This document shows positions 12,401 through 27,400 of a stretch of 64,000 bases of DNA, in pieces. The position numbers and the translations under genes are program-made. The DNA lies in NCBI GenBank assembly GCA_965655095.1, contig OZ296649.1, positions 56,482,001 through 56,546,000 of the forward strand, written 5' to 3'. The notes beneath the pieces are model-generated. The model had not been told where the DNA came from, did no database searches, and worked only from the letters and a program-made list of their open reading frames with translations. Position 1 is the stretch's first letter. Each line of letters starts with the position of its first letter. The DNA is from Haplodiscus bocki (Eukaryota).

Positions 12401-15400
12401 TTTAAAGGTACTTCTTGGCGAGTTGGTTTTCCTCAAGTTTACGAAACATTCTTTCTCCGCAACTACTCGGTTTTTTCCATTAGGTTAATCAAGAGTTGAC
12501 TATAGTTAAAAACGATCTATTGGAACAAGTTTTTCGTTTGATTTTTGCTTTTAAATTTCAAAACTTGCGCAATCAAGTGTTACATCACGTCGACTATCTT
12601 CTAGCCTCCGCGATTGTTTTAATTAAATATAAAACGAATTAACTCCTGTAGCTGTTCGCATTTGGTAAATGTACATATATAGTCATGATACAAATTAATG
12701 CAACTAAGCAATTTTAATACGCTTCACAAAATCCTAAATGGGGGAGTAAATAACAGGAGATCAAAGTAAACAAAGATACTCCGAGCAAACTCCTTAAAAG
12801 GGCTTTTAGATGGTTATTTTAATTGCCGAAAAAAGTATTTCAAAAGGGTAGAGATCCCGTCCCAAAATTGAGCATTCATTGCGTATATTGACCAATTATG
12901 GCCATTTTCGTAAGAAATCTTTACAATGACACAAAATAGCAACAAAAGAAATATATAATTTGTTAGTTTTGGTTATTCCCGAAAACCTGCAAAAAGTAAA
13001 CGTATAATTTTAACATCATATTTTAATGCATTGATTTCCAAACTTTACCAGATTCAAGATAGATTTTGGAATAGTTTTTTGAAAAATTTCCTCCACCGAC
13101 AAATGATGTCAGCTGTCACAGAAATATCAGGGGCATCTATTGATGAAGAAAAATTCCATAATTAGTTTTTTGAAGTTGCAAAGTTCTCAAAAAATGGAGA
13201 ATTTGGCCAAAAACGCTTTTAGTTTTTGCTCTATTCGTTGGAAATGTTTCAAACAAACGCCATTATAATCTTCTAAAATTTCTGAGAATTTTTTGTTTTA
13301 GGTATTTTTGTCCCGAATGATAATTCCGAAGTTATTGGTGCTCAAAATTGACGCTTTAGTAACATCTAATCGCATTAATTTAAATCATGACTGTACGACT
13401 GAGTTAATTAAATTTCCATATAAATATTTAATCAGTAGTTTTCTTAGTACCGTGGCCCGTTCAAGATCAGTTATACTTGTTCGATTTGTTTACTAGTATT
13501 CCGTTGGCGCAAGTGTTGTGAAGCACCGCTTCGCCTCTGTGAAAAAACTTTCAAGAAATATCAGAAAAAAAGTTTTCGGGAGAAAATTTCGAAATTTGCA
13601 TAGAGAATCAGACTTGTAGCGGTCAAGCCCGAAAAAAGTATACTTTTTGAATAAGACTAAAATTTTTGAATTTTTGACAACCTATTTTTCAGTTTTAACT
13701 AGGGTTTTGATTATGGGCAGATCCCAAAACGACATATTTGAGTACCTCAGATTTAATTGATATCTTCGACTATCGCCAGTTCTGACAGTACTCAAAAATT
13801 TGCAAAATTCATGGAAAATGCTCTGAAATTGAGCATTTGTCACGGGAATTCAATAAAGATCCGATTTTAAAACAAAAGAGATCAAACTGCAGAATTTGAG
13901 GCCGTTTATCAAGGTGTGCAGAAATTTAGTGAATCTAACATTTTTGGGATGCACGGCTTTCTTGTCTAAAAGGCGTATCTATATGGCGTAAAACCGTTGT
14001 TCCTAAAACACTATGACACGTTGGACACGCTGTGCTGCCGTAGTCTCACTAAAACGAAAAGATTCTCACTATAACTAAAAGATTCCCTTTAAAAATAAAA
14101 GATCCACTGTTTGGAGCTTTCACCGGTGAGTTTGGAAACAAGAAGGACGTCTCTGTAATAGCCAGCTTTTTTTCAAAAGTATAGCTAAAGCGCCGTCTAA
14201 AAACCAATCCTCTGTTTTGCTTCTAGTAATGTGAGTCAAGGTATACTTGCCACCACAGTCTGAAGCACTGCAACTGCATATCTATCGGAGTCATGTAAAT
14301 ACTTCACAAAAATGAACTTTTCAAGTAATTTCGAGTCAACCATCCGTTCGCACACAATCACTTTTTTGACAATGCACTCTCAAAAGAGGAAACAAACGAT
14401 TTTATTAATCTAATCTTTTCTAAAAATGACGGTTAACACGAGAAAAAATAGAGAAGACGAGGAGCAGCTGCAATTCCAGAACAGCGGGAGAGAAAGGAGC
14501 CGAGATGGCTGACCTATGTCCTATTCTTTTCTTTTCAACTTTCATTGAAAAAGTACGACGATGGCGGATTGTGTTACTTTTCCATTGCACTGCAACTGCC
14601 GTGCTGCTCCGTGACTCAATCAACTTATTAATTTTTAATTTATTTCAAAAACATTTTTATTCGGTTGTGCGAAGCCTCCAGTGTTATGTGCAGTCACAGA
14701 GAACTCAATTGCTTCGTTGAAAGAATTTAATTTTGATTTTGGATAGCTGCAGATTTATTGAAGACTCAAAAATCTATAAATGTGAGCTTTATTTGGCCGT
14801 CGTTTAGAGGGTTTGTCACATTTTATGCGTTGCCCTAAGTTAGTTTTTCATCAATTTAATTTTGTTTTTCTTCTCAAAAAAGCGGAGTAAGCTGGTGAGA
14901 ATTAGGGGAGTTTGCAAAAGATTGGTGCCGTTCTAGTATGCGGTCTAAATTTCACTTTATGTTCTAGTATGCTATCGACATTTTACGAATGTGTGGAATT
15001 TATTTGACAATAAAAGTTTTCAGCCAATAATATTTCAGAAAATTGAAAATTCGACGCACCGGAACGAAAGCACCGATATTAATTGTACATCGCAAATTTT
15101 TGTAGACTGCATACTAGATTAGCACCAAAATGCGCAAGCTTCTATAAGTTCTAGAAAAAGACAATCAGAAGTTTTCAAATTAGGAAAAAATAACAATTGA
15201 ATTCATCGGATATTTTTTCCAATTATCTCAATTTTTGTGAAAATATTCGCAACTCTCATCTTCGTAAATTTCAAAAAACTTGACTTTGCACGAGCTAGCG
15301 TCGAGTTGAATTTATTTTTGATGGAAACCTGATGAGTAAAAACCTCCCGAATGCTGCGGTGACCCAGGAAAAATTGCGGGGCACAAGATTCGAACAATGA

Positions 15401-18400
15401 GCCTATCGATTGATAGCATAAATTAGAAACATGTATTGTGGTCGCATGTAACTTTACAGTCGCAAGTTTCAGATAACAAAAAACTTCATACAAACAACAA
15501 AACGTTCCAGTTTCAGACAACAGACAAAAACCATGCGCTAAGCAACTTAGCGCCCGTGCTTCGAGCAGCGGCTCTCAAAAACTGACAGCGTATTCGAAGC
15601 AGCTCAGTTCGGAGTGGAAGAAGGTTTCGAAGAGACACACGCGGAGAAATATACCATTAAAAGCAGGACTTCCGAGAAAGAACTTCTTTGTAAATAACTG
15701 ACAAACGTTCTCGTCGTTTTTTTTTCGTTGAGATTTGTTTGGCCTGCAAGCGTCTTTTAGCTTCGGTCGATTGAAACACCGTTTGTGGAGAGCAGGTCGA
15801 GATTACACATTTAAAAAGGGTGGAAGACTGTCGATTATTATTTTCGTCCATTCATAATCTATAACGGAGAAGTTAGTTTCCGCTGATAAACCCGGTGCAT
15901 CGGAACCATTCGAAAAATTCGTTGCAATTCCACTTGAAAAACCAATGCATACGATTGGTGGATGCCTCAACAGAACTATATCAGGTTCCGGAGCTAGTTA
16001 TGCAGATCACAAATGAGTGAAAAACGCTCCTGAAAATAGATTTTTCTGAGAAAACTTTATGATATCCCCTGCAACATTGAAAGATAGGCACGAAGAAATT
16101 TTGCGCAGGGGCTTCGAGCAGAGACGCTACTAATCAATGGCACCTTCAAATGGGTTCAATTCCTGGCGGGAAATGATTTTTTTTCAGTTGGGATCTATGA
16201 TTACGCATGACTAAGAAAATTTCAAAAACATTCCAATTGCAAAAAGAATGTCGAAAACTCATGCTGTCGATTTAATTGATTCCGAAAGTGGTCTCTCCAA
16301 TACGTGATGCCTACTAAGGACACATTGAAACATGATTTGCGACGTTTGGTTGTTTTCATGTCTGCTCATTTTACTTATAACTCCTCAAGGTGTCCTTTTT
16401 TACGTTTTCTATGGTCTGAAACTTCCGACCGCAAAAATCATTGCTCAAAACAAAATCTGTGTTGAATATCTTCGTATAAAGAAGAAAACACGACCTCATG
16501 CTGGACTATACCAGGCTCCAGAATTCGAAAAGTAGCTATCAAATGGGATACCTATTTTTTGTCAAAAACTTGAATTTTTCTGATTTTTGTGTTTACCCTT
16601 ACATCAAACTGTCGAAGAGAAGCTCTGCCTCGTAAAAAATGCCTTTACTGGCTTGATTTTCGCTGAAGTAGGATATATTTACAGAAAGGCCAATTCTGCA
16701 GCTGTTTATTACCTAAAGTAGGTAAAATCAGTGGCAAATATCTCATTTCGGCCAATGACTTCGGCGGGAAGAATTTTGGCGCTGTTCGAAAGCCTGTTTC
16801 AGCCTTTAAAAACCCAAAATGTAAGTTGCTGCGATTTTTTGTCGAAACATTATCGGCCTTGAAAGTTGAAAAGTTTGAATGATGTAACGCCTCGAAATGA
16901 AAAAAAAATCAAAAAAGGCCCAAAAACTGTAAACGGCCAACAGGAGGGCATTCTCGCTGCCGATCGGAGCTCTAAAAGGTATCTATAAAATAGAATCTGT
17001 AAATGGTCTAAAAAAAACCCTATGGTTTTTTGGTTGCACTTTTAAGGAGGAACTGGTTCGGCCGATAACTCCGGTGTGCAAAACTTCAAAAATTTGTGCA
17101 CATTGCGATAACCGTTTTGAATCTACTCAATTCATTCAAAAACCAATTTACTTCCATGCTTAGTCAAAAAGTTCTACCAAGGTAGAAAAGTCAAAAAAAT
17201 GTCTGAAGAAAAGATTGTTGCGGCGCTTTTGTGATACTTCCACAGTTACACCTGCAACAATTGGTCTTTTAGTAGTCAAAGTGTAGATTTTTTCTAAGTA
17301 TTTATGAATTAGGAGGATACGATCATTCAGCTGACGTTTAAAACTTATGACGTGACGTTATGTGGTATGAAACGATGGCAAATTTTTGTTTCGTCTGAAA
17401 CTCAGGCATGAAAAAGAAGTCTGAATTTTTTTTCACCAATCGAAAGCCCTTTTCAATTCTGAGACGAAAACCTATAAGACGAATTGCTTCGAGTTTCGAT
17501 GAAAATTTATCCGCCTTCCGAGCTCACAAGTTGGGAGATGTCACGCTAACAAATAAAGTCGGTGATTCTCAACCATCAGGTGGAACCTGCTTTGGACAAA
17601 GCTCGCGAAAAGCAAGAACCACGCAACGGATAAACGTTGCACCTGTTGAAAGCTTCATTGACAGGCACAGGTAATTTCATGCTAAAGTTTGACGCGCGAG
17701 AATCGAATGCACTTGGCGAAAAGTTGAATGTTCGTTATCCATTTTCAAAATATTGGCAATGGTAGAACTTCAGTTTCCCCAACCTCAACATAACTCAGCG
17801 CATTGCCAGTGTTTGCACTGCTCGTTGAAAGCTACCCTAGTTAACAGAACAAAGGATGTCTTTACTGGAAAATTTTCGTTTTCCCACAAAAAATTAATTT
17901 TTCCTACAGTTGTGGAATTTCAGGTGAATCAATTTTACATCCCTTCAAAGTAAGCTATGCACCTAAAAGTTCTCCAGTATTTGTCCACGAAACAGCTTCG
18001 AGCTGGAGCATTCAAAAGTTGAAAAAAAAAACATTTAATTTACATATGTTGTCAAAATTAAAGGTAAAATGGATTTTAATGATTTTTTTCTTCGCCAAAA
18101 AGTCAACGGCAAAGTTTTAGCATCCTTAGTCGAGCTTGCGTGGAACTTTTACATGCTTTGTAAGTTACCTGACGTGATGCGTGTAAAATTTTATGGGTAT
18201 ATGATTTCGACTGCTGTAGGGATTTTTTACGAATTTTCCCATGCAGCTTGTAAAGTTCTCCTTTCACTTTTCCAAATTTTACGTGCATTAAAAATTTTGT
18301 CACTGTGATTATTTGTTGTTTTTGATTATTTTCCATTGTGCCCCTGAAAGGTTTCATATGAAACAGATTTTTCTCATTATGTAAAAATATGACTTTTTAG

Positions 18401-21400
18401 CAATCGATGAGCGAAGTTTTGATCGAGAAACAATTTCAGAAAAAAAGCCTGAAAGCTAGTAATACGTAACTGAAACCAAAATATACTCCGCACTTACAAA
18501 CTTTCGTCAGCGTTTGGTCGGTTGCTTGCTCTTACGTCTGACTGTTTGTGGTGTAGGAATAAATAACTAGTAATACTTTGCTCAGGTGAACTAGTTCACA
18601 AAAAAATGGGAAAATAGTTTTGAAAAGTGTTTTGAATATTTTGTCTGCGAATTTTGTAAAAATTTTGCATGTTCCATGGAATTTTTGGTAGAATTTATCT
18701 TTCAAGATGTCTGAATTCAATATTTTTTTTTCAGAAAACATCTGGATGCACAATGTAAAACTTGCATACACATTAAACTAGGGACGCCATTTGGTTTACT
18801 GGTCCTCGGTTAACCAATCAAAGAATAATTGGAGTCCACCAAGGTGTTTGCATGGTCTAACAAGGATGAAAATTCCGGAAAATTTGATATTTTTGGAAAA
18901 TTCACGCCGAAACTGTGCCGAGAAAGTCCGAAAATTTCCCGTAAACTGTGAAAAAATTTTTATCTCAAGGTTTCCTCGATTAGATGGCAATAGTAGAGCA
19001 CCCATGCAGTGGGGGTCCTGAAAAGTGAATTAAAGTACCTCTCGCCCTCTAAAAATACGTTGTCATTAATTTCCGCCTGTGTGTCGGTGACGAAAAATTT
19101 TCATCGGTCAAAAATTTTGGACTCGGTCAAAAACAACCTTGAGCAACTGTTTGTAAATAAAGCAGCTTCATTCGGCCAATAGGTGGGAAGTATTTGACCA
19201 CCAAACTTGATAAACGCAGTGCGCGAATGATGGAATTAAGCGGTTATGAAATTTTTTCACTAATTTTTTGCCAACGAGAAATTTTTGGCATTCAAAAATT
19301 TAGGACATGGTCATCCACGATATTCCCGATTTTTTTTTGAGTTAATTAGATTGCTTCGACCGATAGGTATAGAATAATTGGACGTCAAGGTTGAAAAACT
19401 GGGAAAGTTATGAGGGTCACTAATTTGGGACAGGAAATTCAGCTTTTCCAAAATCCCTTGTGAGCGTCTCAATAGGTTTCGGTTCGCTCGCCTAAAATTG
19501 CAAACGGCTGACAATATGGCATTCTCCCTATCGCTGAAAGCCCTAAATGCACTCTTGGCTCAGATGATGTGTAAATGTGAGTATTGTTTAGTTACTACGT
19601 AAGCAGAGTGAGCTGAGGCAGCAAGAAACAGACTTGGAGGCTGCGAGGAAGCAGTACAAGTTGGCAGTGGAAGAGAACGGCCGGCTGGAGGCTAAGATGC
19701 AGGCGATGAAGATCACCCAATCTAGTGATACTTCTGTACTGCAGGAACAGATCGCCAGGAAGGACGAGTCCATTGAAAAACTCAACATCGAAGTCGACGA
19801 ATGGAGAACCCGGTAACACAATGCTATCTTCTCTGAGATACATCTCTTCAATATCCCCTTATCGGGGGTTTTTACCTACGTGTTATTTGGCAAACTTTGA
19901 ATAATCAAGATGATTTGTGTACGGTTTAACAAAAAATTGCTTTTACTCTTTGCTTTCGTTGAAGTTTTGTTATCTGTTGTGGAAGGAATATTTCGTGGGT
20001 GAAGTTTTGGTCGAAAAAGTGCCTTTCAAATTCTCGGATATCAATTGAACGGCATTAAAGGCCAACTATTTCATTTTTTTGTCCAGGATGAAATACAAAT
20101 TGCTTAGTGAGCACGCCAAATAACATGCATGCAAATTTTTTGTGTGAGATAACCCATCTCAACCGTATCGCACCTCGCTTCCTAACTCAAAGATTCAAGT
20201 TTTTAAATATTATTTGCAGGGCCAAGCGAATGGAAGAAAAGATCAACCACCTGGAGCAGAATATCGACCAATTAAATTATGAGATCGGGATGCGCAAATC
20301 GGAATTACGTAACAAAGAAGACAGTGTGAACTCAGTGGAACGACAGCTGGAAGACACTAAAATGAGTCTGCACAAAACCGAGGAAGAGGTTAGTAGCAGG
20401 ATTTTTAGTCGGCGCGGGAAACAAACCAGACTATTGCATTTTTTGACTTTTCTCAACCCACGGATATTTTGAGACTTGAGGACCGCGCCGACTTAGGCCA
20501 TTCCTGACTTGCTACAGCTTGTTGGCACCCTTGACTGGCCCAATGAATTGAATGTGTTCACTTCTTTACTAACGTGTAATTTTGTACTTGCTCTAGCTGA
20601 GAAGATGCGAAGATACAGCCAGCCAACTTTCTGGGGAACTTCGAGAGCTGAAGTCAAAGTGCGCCAATGCTGAAAATACGGTAAAGGCCTTTTCATCTCA
20701 ACCAATACTGTCATATGTTTAAATCTATTATATTGTTCGGTTGAGATTTTTTGCATATGCAATAACACCAGAATATACTTCCATTATTTTGTGGTCGGTT
20801 CAATAGGTTTGTATGCGAGATGAGTTGATTAGCCAGCTGAAGTGTGATATCGACTCCTTAAGAGAGCAGTACAGAGAAGCGATGGACAAACTCAGCCAGA
20901 GAGACGAGAGTATCGGTCATTGTACTCTGGAAATCAACAAGCTCAAAAACAAGCTGCATGACTCTACCTCAATGGTAAGTGGACACGCCAGGCTCATTGC
21001 TCCAAATGGATCTTGATTCCTGTTAATCAATCTAAGTCTTCTTGTCAAAGCATATACAAGTATAAATCATGGCATGTGCATTAATGCATTTGATTTTTTA
21101 TCTGATTGGCAGTGCCCTCTTTTTTTATCGATATAAATCTCAAAACGTTGGTCATCATTGCATTCCCAAAAATTTTTCTATCCAAAACATTTCGAAGTTA
21201 ACCTGTACAAATATGTGATATGCATAAAATATACCAAAGGTAATTAAGATGCTCAACTAATCTTTGAGCCACATTCATTGAAAAATCCTCTTTCTTCTGA
21301 CTTTTTTGTTTTTAGGTTGAACAGAAAAATCATCAAATAACAGTTTTGGAGAAGGAACTAGAATCGAACAGAAACAATTGGGCACAGACAAAGAAACAAA

Positions 21401-24400
21401 ACGAGGAGTCGACGAAAAAGAAAGACGGGCAAATCCAGAAACTCAGAGATGACCTTTTCGAAGCTCAGCAACAATATAGCCAGTGCTACAACGAGGTCAG
21501 TATCCCTTCCACTCTCACAACCTATTTAACCTGGACTTCAGCTGTTTAACTTGGTTGCAAAAATTTGTTAACTTCAAATTACAGTCAATTATTTTGATCT
21601 ATTGTAGAGTCTATACAACACTGATACTAGATGGAGAAAAATTCAAGATATTTTTGTTTGCTTGGATCTTCTCCAAAACTATTCACTTTTACATTTTTTT
21701 GAAAAATAAACTTTCGAATAATGCACGTCGAAAAATAAGATCTAAGTTTCAAAATCCTATCTTTAAACATGCAATTCTATTTTTTTTTGGTATCAAATAA
21801 TTAAAAAAGATTTCTATTAGTTTTCGACAAAAATCCTATTATCAAAGCAAGCCACCAATCGGAGGATACTCTGGGGCATTATTTGAGTGCAATAAATACC
21901 CGAGCATACATTTTTTGTTTGCAAAATTGTCCAAAATCTTTAAAAAATAACTAATTTTCCGCAAAAATAGCATCTTTGGAACTTGTGTAATAATGCTCTT
22001 AGGATTTTCAATCACAGAACACTGTAATCTACGTTAAATTCAAGAAACGTCTGTTCCTGCGACTTTTTTCAAAATTGATAGCGAGTTTTAAGTGCTCGAA
22101 ATAGACGCAAAATGAACGTTAAGTCGCATTGCTTTATGACACCAATGTAAGAAACCCAAAGTCAAAACTCAAATTCAAAAAGTTGGCATGTTTATGACAC
22201 CATCTAACTTGTGTGATTACTCTGATTAAACTAAATTGATTGCACTTGTGCTTCTGTAAAACAGTGTTTCTTTCAGTATCACAATCTTCACTTAGAGGTA
22301 ACATACGTCGCTTTAGCGCGCGTTTCAGAGTTTACGATTCCCTTTGTAGTTTCATGTTTGCGATATACGCTTGCAGAAGTTTGGAATGTTTTCCTATTTC
22401 TCATCTCATCTGGTCCTTAATTCATTGATCATTAATAATCTATTTTTTGAAGATGAAAAATTGCCAAAGTTTTATGTTCAGTGAAGCAACCAAGAACAAG
22501 TCGGGAACGGCCCAAGTCGGCTCCGCACATATGGTTCAAAATATCCATGGGGGTCCCTTTTTTGGTATCATAAAATTTGACAATTAGATGTTTTCTCAAA
22601 AAAATGTGACTTACCTAGTCTCAAACCCCCCTATTTATGGTTTGAAAACCTTAGAACCGTAGAAATATAGAAAACATCCAAAATCAGATGTTTTCAGGAG
22701 AAAAGAGAACAAAATGGGCATATCTAGTCTCAAATCCGTATCTATGGCTCAAAGGCCTTTTTTATCCTACCCTCTAGACCACCGGTGACTTCTGGAGTGC
22801 CAATCATTTTGGGTTGGAAGTGTAGAATTTTTTGGCGGAATTTCGTCGATTTCAGAGGTCTTAAAAAAAAAAGAAAAGTTTAGAAAAAAGCTACTGTGAT
22901 AGTCGAGCACTTTTCTTCAAAGAAGCGCCAACTAAAAAAAAAAACAAAGAAGTATTTTTTGAAAAATTCCGTCTTGAAAATGGTCAATGTTTCGGATCTT
23001 GTGATTACAATTGCTTTTTCATAGAATTCGACAGAATATTCGACCGTTTAAACTGACAATCACAACTCATACTTTGCTTTCTGCCCTTTTCTTTGAATTC
23101 ATCTCTTTTCCCTAGAAAAGATTCAATTGTTTCCATTAGAAATGCCCTCGGCGAAAGCTGCTCTTTACATTATGTAGCAATTCAATGTAGCATTTTCTTC
23201 ACAGTCGGTTTATGTTTGCTGACACCTAACACCGTAGATGCACCACGATCAATTATTTCAAGGTTTTAAAAATTGTAATTTTACGCCATGTTTCAATAAA
23301 TCATCGTCTAGCCGCAAGCGTTTTTATAAGGTTCACTTGCTAGTTGCATGATTTTAAGCTTAGAACGTTTTGTGATTACAATGAAGAAACTTAGGCGCCG
23401 AATACAAATAAAATATTTACATTTAAATTTAACTAAATTTTGGGTTTTTTCTGAGAAAAAAATGACAATTTTGAAAATTGAGTGAAAATGTAAGAATTAC
23501 TGTAAAAAACATATAAAATGGTAGTTTTTCTGCCTGCAAAACGTTTTTCCCAACAGTTGGAAGGCGGAAAATATCCCGGTGGTAGCTGGGCGTCTTGTTT
23601 TGTATGGATAACGATTGAACTTGTTTTTTTCCAGGTGATCAGACAAGAGGACATGATCAATCAGCTGAGAAAAAATAACAATCAGTTGCATGAACAAACT
23701 ACAAATGACGCTGAACGAATGCTCAACATGGCCGAACAGGTAGGTGATCGATGAATAGTAAAATTCCATTGGGCTCTCTGCCGGCATGTTTTTTGAATAA
23801 AATGTACATCCAAATATGCATTCTTTCGGATGGCAATTGTTTGATAGTAGAATTGTTCCATGGCGCAAAGTTTCGAATGGGGGAGAAAGATTCGTAACTT
23901 TGAATATTTGATAACGATGTTCTTTTTTCTCTACATCAGATTGCTGTACAAGCTGTCTAAAAATCTATTATCTACGTAAAATATTTACTCTACAAATGTT
24001 GCTAGTTAAATGTTGCTTTGACCGCATTACCCATTGTCCCTAATCGCGGGTGGGAAACGGTGACATGATTCGTAGTTTGTTCATCTACAAGATACTGCAG
24101 ACTGCAATATAAAGGCTTTGTATCGGAGATGTGTACTTGAAGTTCTGTGCCAAAAAATCTTCATTACGCTAAAAATTAGAGTTTCATCTCTTTGAAAAAA
24201 TGGGTACACATAATGTAATGAAAGTTATTTCTTGAATTCCATCTTGAATCTGTACGTCAGTGCTACTCCTAGAATTTTCAGCACAGATTGACCTGATCCG
24301 AGTTTCGCTTCAGGTTCATAAACTGGAGTTGGATCTTTCGATGGCGTTGGAGAGATACAGAAGCAGTCAGAACGAGCTGGCACAGAGAGACCAGGCCATT

Positions 24401-27400
24401 CTCAGACTGAAGAGTGACTTGGATGCTGCTGAAGAAAAGGGAAGCACTCTAGAGCAAGAGGCAAGTAGCTCAACAAATACACCTTCATTACCACTGTCAT
24501 AGCAGTTTTTTTAACAGGACCAAGTTTTAATTTTGTAGTTGTTGTTGTAGTATGTGACAAGTCGCGATTTTATGAGCTGTTGTAGATCTATTGATCTTCA
24601 GCCGTCGCCTATTAATGATCCACTCATGATTGACAGCTCTTAGAGTTTTTATAGTTACTAGCTTGCAGCAAACTAAGTTACTCGAGTAACAGACATGGAA
24701 TTGAGGATGGATGGAACACAACTTTTCAATTGAATCACGATTTGTACCACTATGCCAAATACTCCTCGAATTTTAAAATGATTTCTTTACAGAAGATCAT
24801 TTTGACTGATGACGACCTTGAGAAGATTGCAGCTTCCGCAGTGATGACAAAAAGACAGTTTTTTAATCCCGAAATGTCTACTGCAAAACATAATTTAATT
24901 TTCTGGGTTGAAAAAGCTGTTAGAATAACGCTGGATGGTTTTAGTCACGAGTGAAGGGAGAAGAGGGTGTGAAGTTGCAAGCCAAGTTGAAGAGTCTGCA
25001 GACGGAGTTGCAAGACATGATGGACAAGGATGAGAGCAACCAGCGGAAGTTGGCCAATCAGGAAACAGAAATTGCAAATCTACAATACGAACGAGTGAGT
25101 ACTGTTAATGCTGCTAGTATTTTATGGAATCCAATATTAGAACGCTGATCACTCTAGCACAAGAAACTTAAATTTTGAACCTCAAGAGACCTACTGTTCA
25201 CCAGTGCCTGTAATCTTGTTTAACTTGCCAATATTTTGTTGGATTTTACGATTTTCTGCCAAGAAATTCTAATTTTTCTGAGATTTTCTACAATCATGAC
25301 AAGATGAACAAGCCGGGAACGACTCAAGTCGGTGCGCTATATATGTGTGTAGCTAAAGCATTGATTTGATTTGATTCGAATCACAGATCTGAATCTTTCG
25401 CTGACAGATTTGATCGAATCTGTCAGAGGAATCATCCAATCTGTTAATACAAGCGGCTTGAAAAAAAACGAAACGTCACGCTAATAGTCGGACCTGTTTG
25501 CACGCTCCACTAACAAGAGTCCAAGCACTGGGTCTGTAGTATTACAATAATTATGATTTGACCAAAAATCTTTTTTTGTCACAGGATGAGAACCAGAAAA
25601 CGATTGACGAGAGCAACGCTTCAATTGACGACTTGACCAGACAGCTTCGGGCAGCCAAACAGCAGCTTTTAGAAGAGGAGGACAGGTTGAGTAGAATGCT
25701 ACAGAACACTCAGTTGGAGCTTGAAACTATGAGTAAGCATTCTTCACACTTCTTGTTTCATCTTTTCAAAACCCATTTTCAAACTTGGCAGACCTATCAT
25801 GGCATTAGAAAGTATGTGATGAGGATTAATATTTCGAGCGAATTTGTTAAAAAGTTCGGCGCTCAGAGAAAAAATTCAGTTTTTTGATTAAACAAAATTT
25901 TCCAAAACATCAAAGGCTACCCGACGAAAACTTTGGGATCTACAGACAGTGTATTGACTGTATATGTTCTATCATGTATCATATGTTCTTGTATTCAAAA
26001 GTTTCATGTATCATATATTCATGTATTTCAAACTATCTTTATTCATGTACAGTAGTGTCATAAAGAAATGCGACTTAGTAAGACTAAATCAATAAATAAT
26101 AGATTATCAGAGTACCTAAAGGTACCCTGAGAAAACTCAATAAAAATCCTATCAGATGTTCATTTTATTATTTTATTTGCTTGAAGTAGTAACCGAAACA
26201 AATAGAAAATTCCGTTTGTAACGGCTATATAAGATCAATCTATTCCTTAACTTTACACTAGACGTGTTCCGTCTGGTATATTTTGAAACTTAAAAGGACT
26301 ATCTTTTGCCTTGTTGAAAAAGCTCTTACTTTGGCTATTTCCAAACTCGACTTTTTCCACAATTTTTTTTGCCTTTCATGAGCTTTTAGCAATCTTGATT
26401 TCAAATGCCTGTCCGATTAAAACTTTATCCTTATGACCAAGCATAAAGAATTGGTGGTTGAAAGACAGAATTTGAGATCGCCTGAATTCTGCTGAGTTAA
26501 ATTTTTTCACTAAGTGGACTAGAACATCTGAAGTTTACATAACAAATAATGATATTGAACATCACATAACTGGGGAATAACTATTCATAAAATCAAAAAT
26601 TGAAACTTTTCAATCATGTTGGGGCAGAGAGTTGCCATGGAAACTGAACTGACTAAAGTATTCCAATGTATTCTAAGTTAGGCAAAATACATGATGAAAT
26701 TCGAGGATAAACATGACATATAGATGAGAAACATGTATTTTAAGTAAAGCAAAAGTATCAGTCGGAAGTATATTTTTGCAGTGGGAAGTGTTTGCAAGAA
26801 GCACTCAAAAAGGGCGGATTAGACTCCTGAAACGTGGGCGAAATCTTAAATGACCTCTGAAGAGAGCAGAGGCACGAGAAATAAATTTATGTAAAACATC
26901 AAATTTCCCTTCAAAATGTGTGAAATCTTCACATTCTTTCGATGTCGTCTTCCAAATGCAATTCAAAATGGTCTCAACGGGGGAGTGGAATTACAGAACC
27001 ACCGATTAGTTGAGTTTGACTTGGATCAGGCTGAAACTATGTTCATGCAGGAAGGATTTGAACAAAATTTCAAGTATCATGAGAATTAACTAGATTCATC
27101 AAAAGAATTCAGTATTAATTTATTAATAAATTAAAGGAAACACTAAAACATATTGGTCACCCGGAATTAACAGTTAATCACAACTTCATGATAGCACAGC
27201 TGCTGGCCAGAAAAGGGTTGGATGAGCTCAAAATTTTTTCTGTCTGGGATTGGCTTGAAACTCGGTCATGGGTTAAATCTCATCAAACTAAGGCCAGTGT
27301 CCGAAGGGCTTGGCTCAAACAATGAAATGACCCTGAAAATCAGCACTTAAATGTCACTGTGTGGTCAAAGGAATTTCACTGTTTCAAGGGGTAGAAGTTG

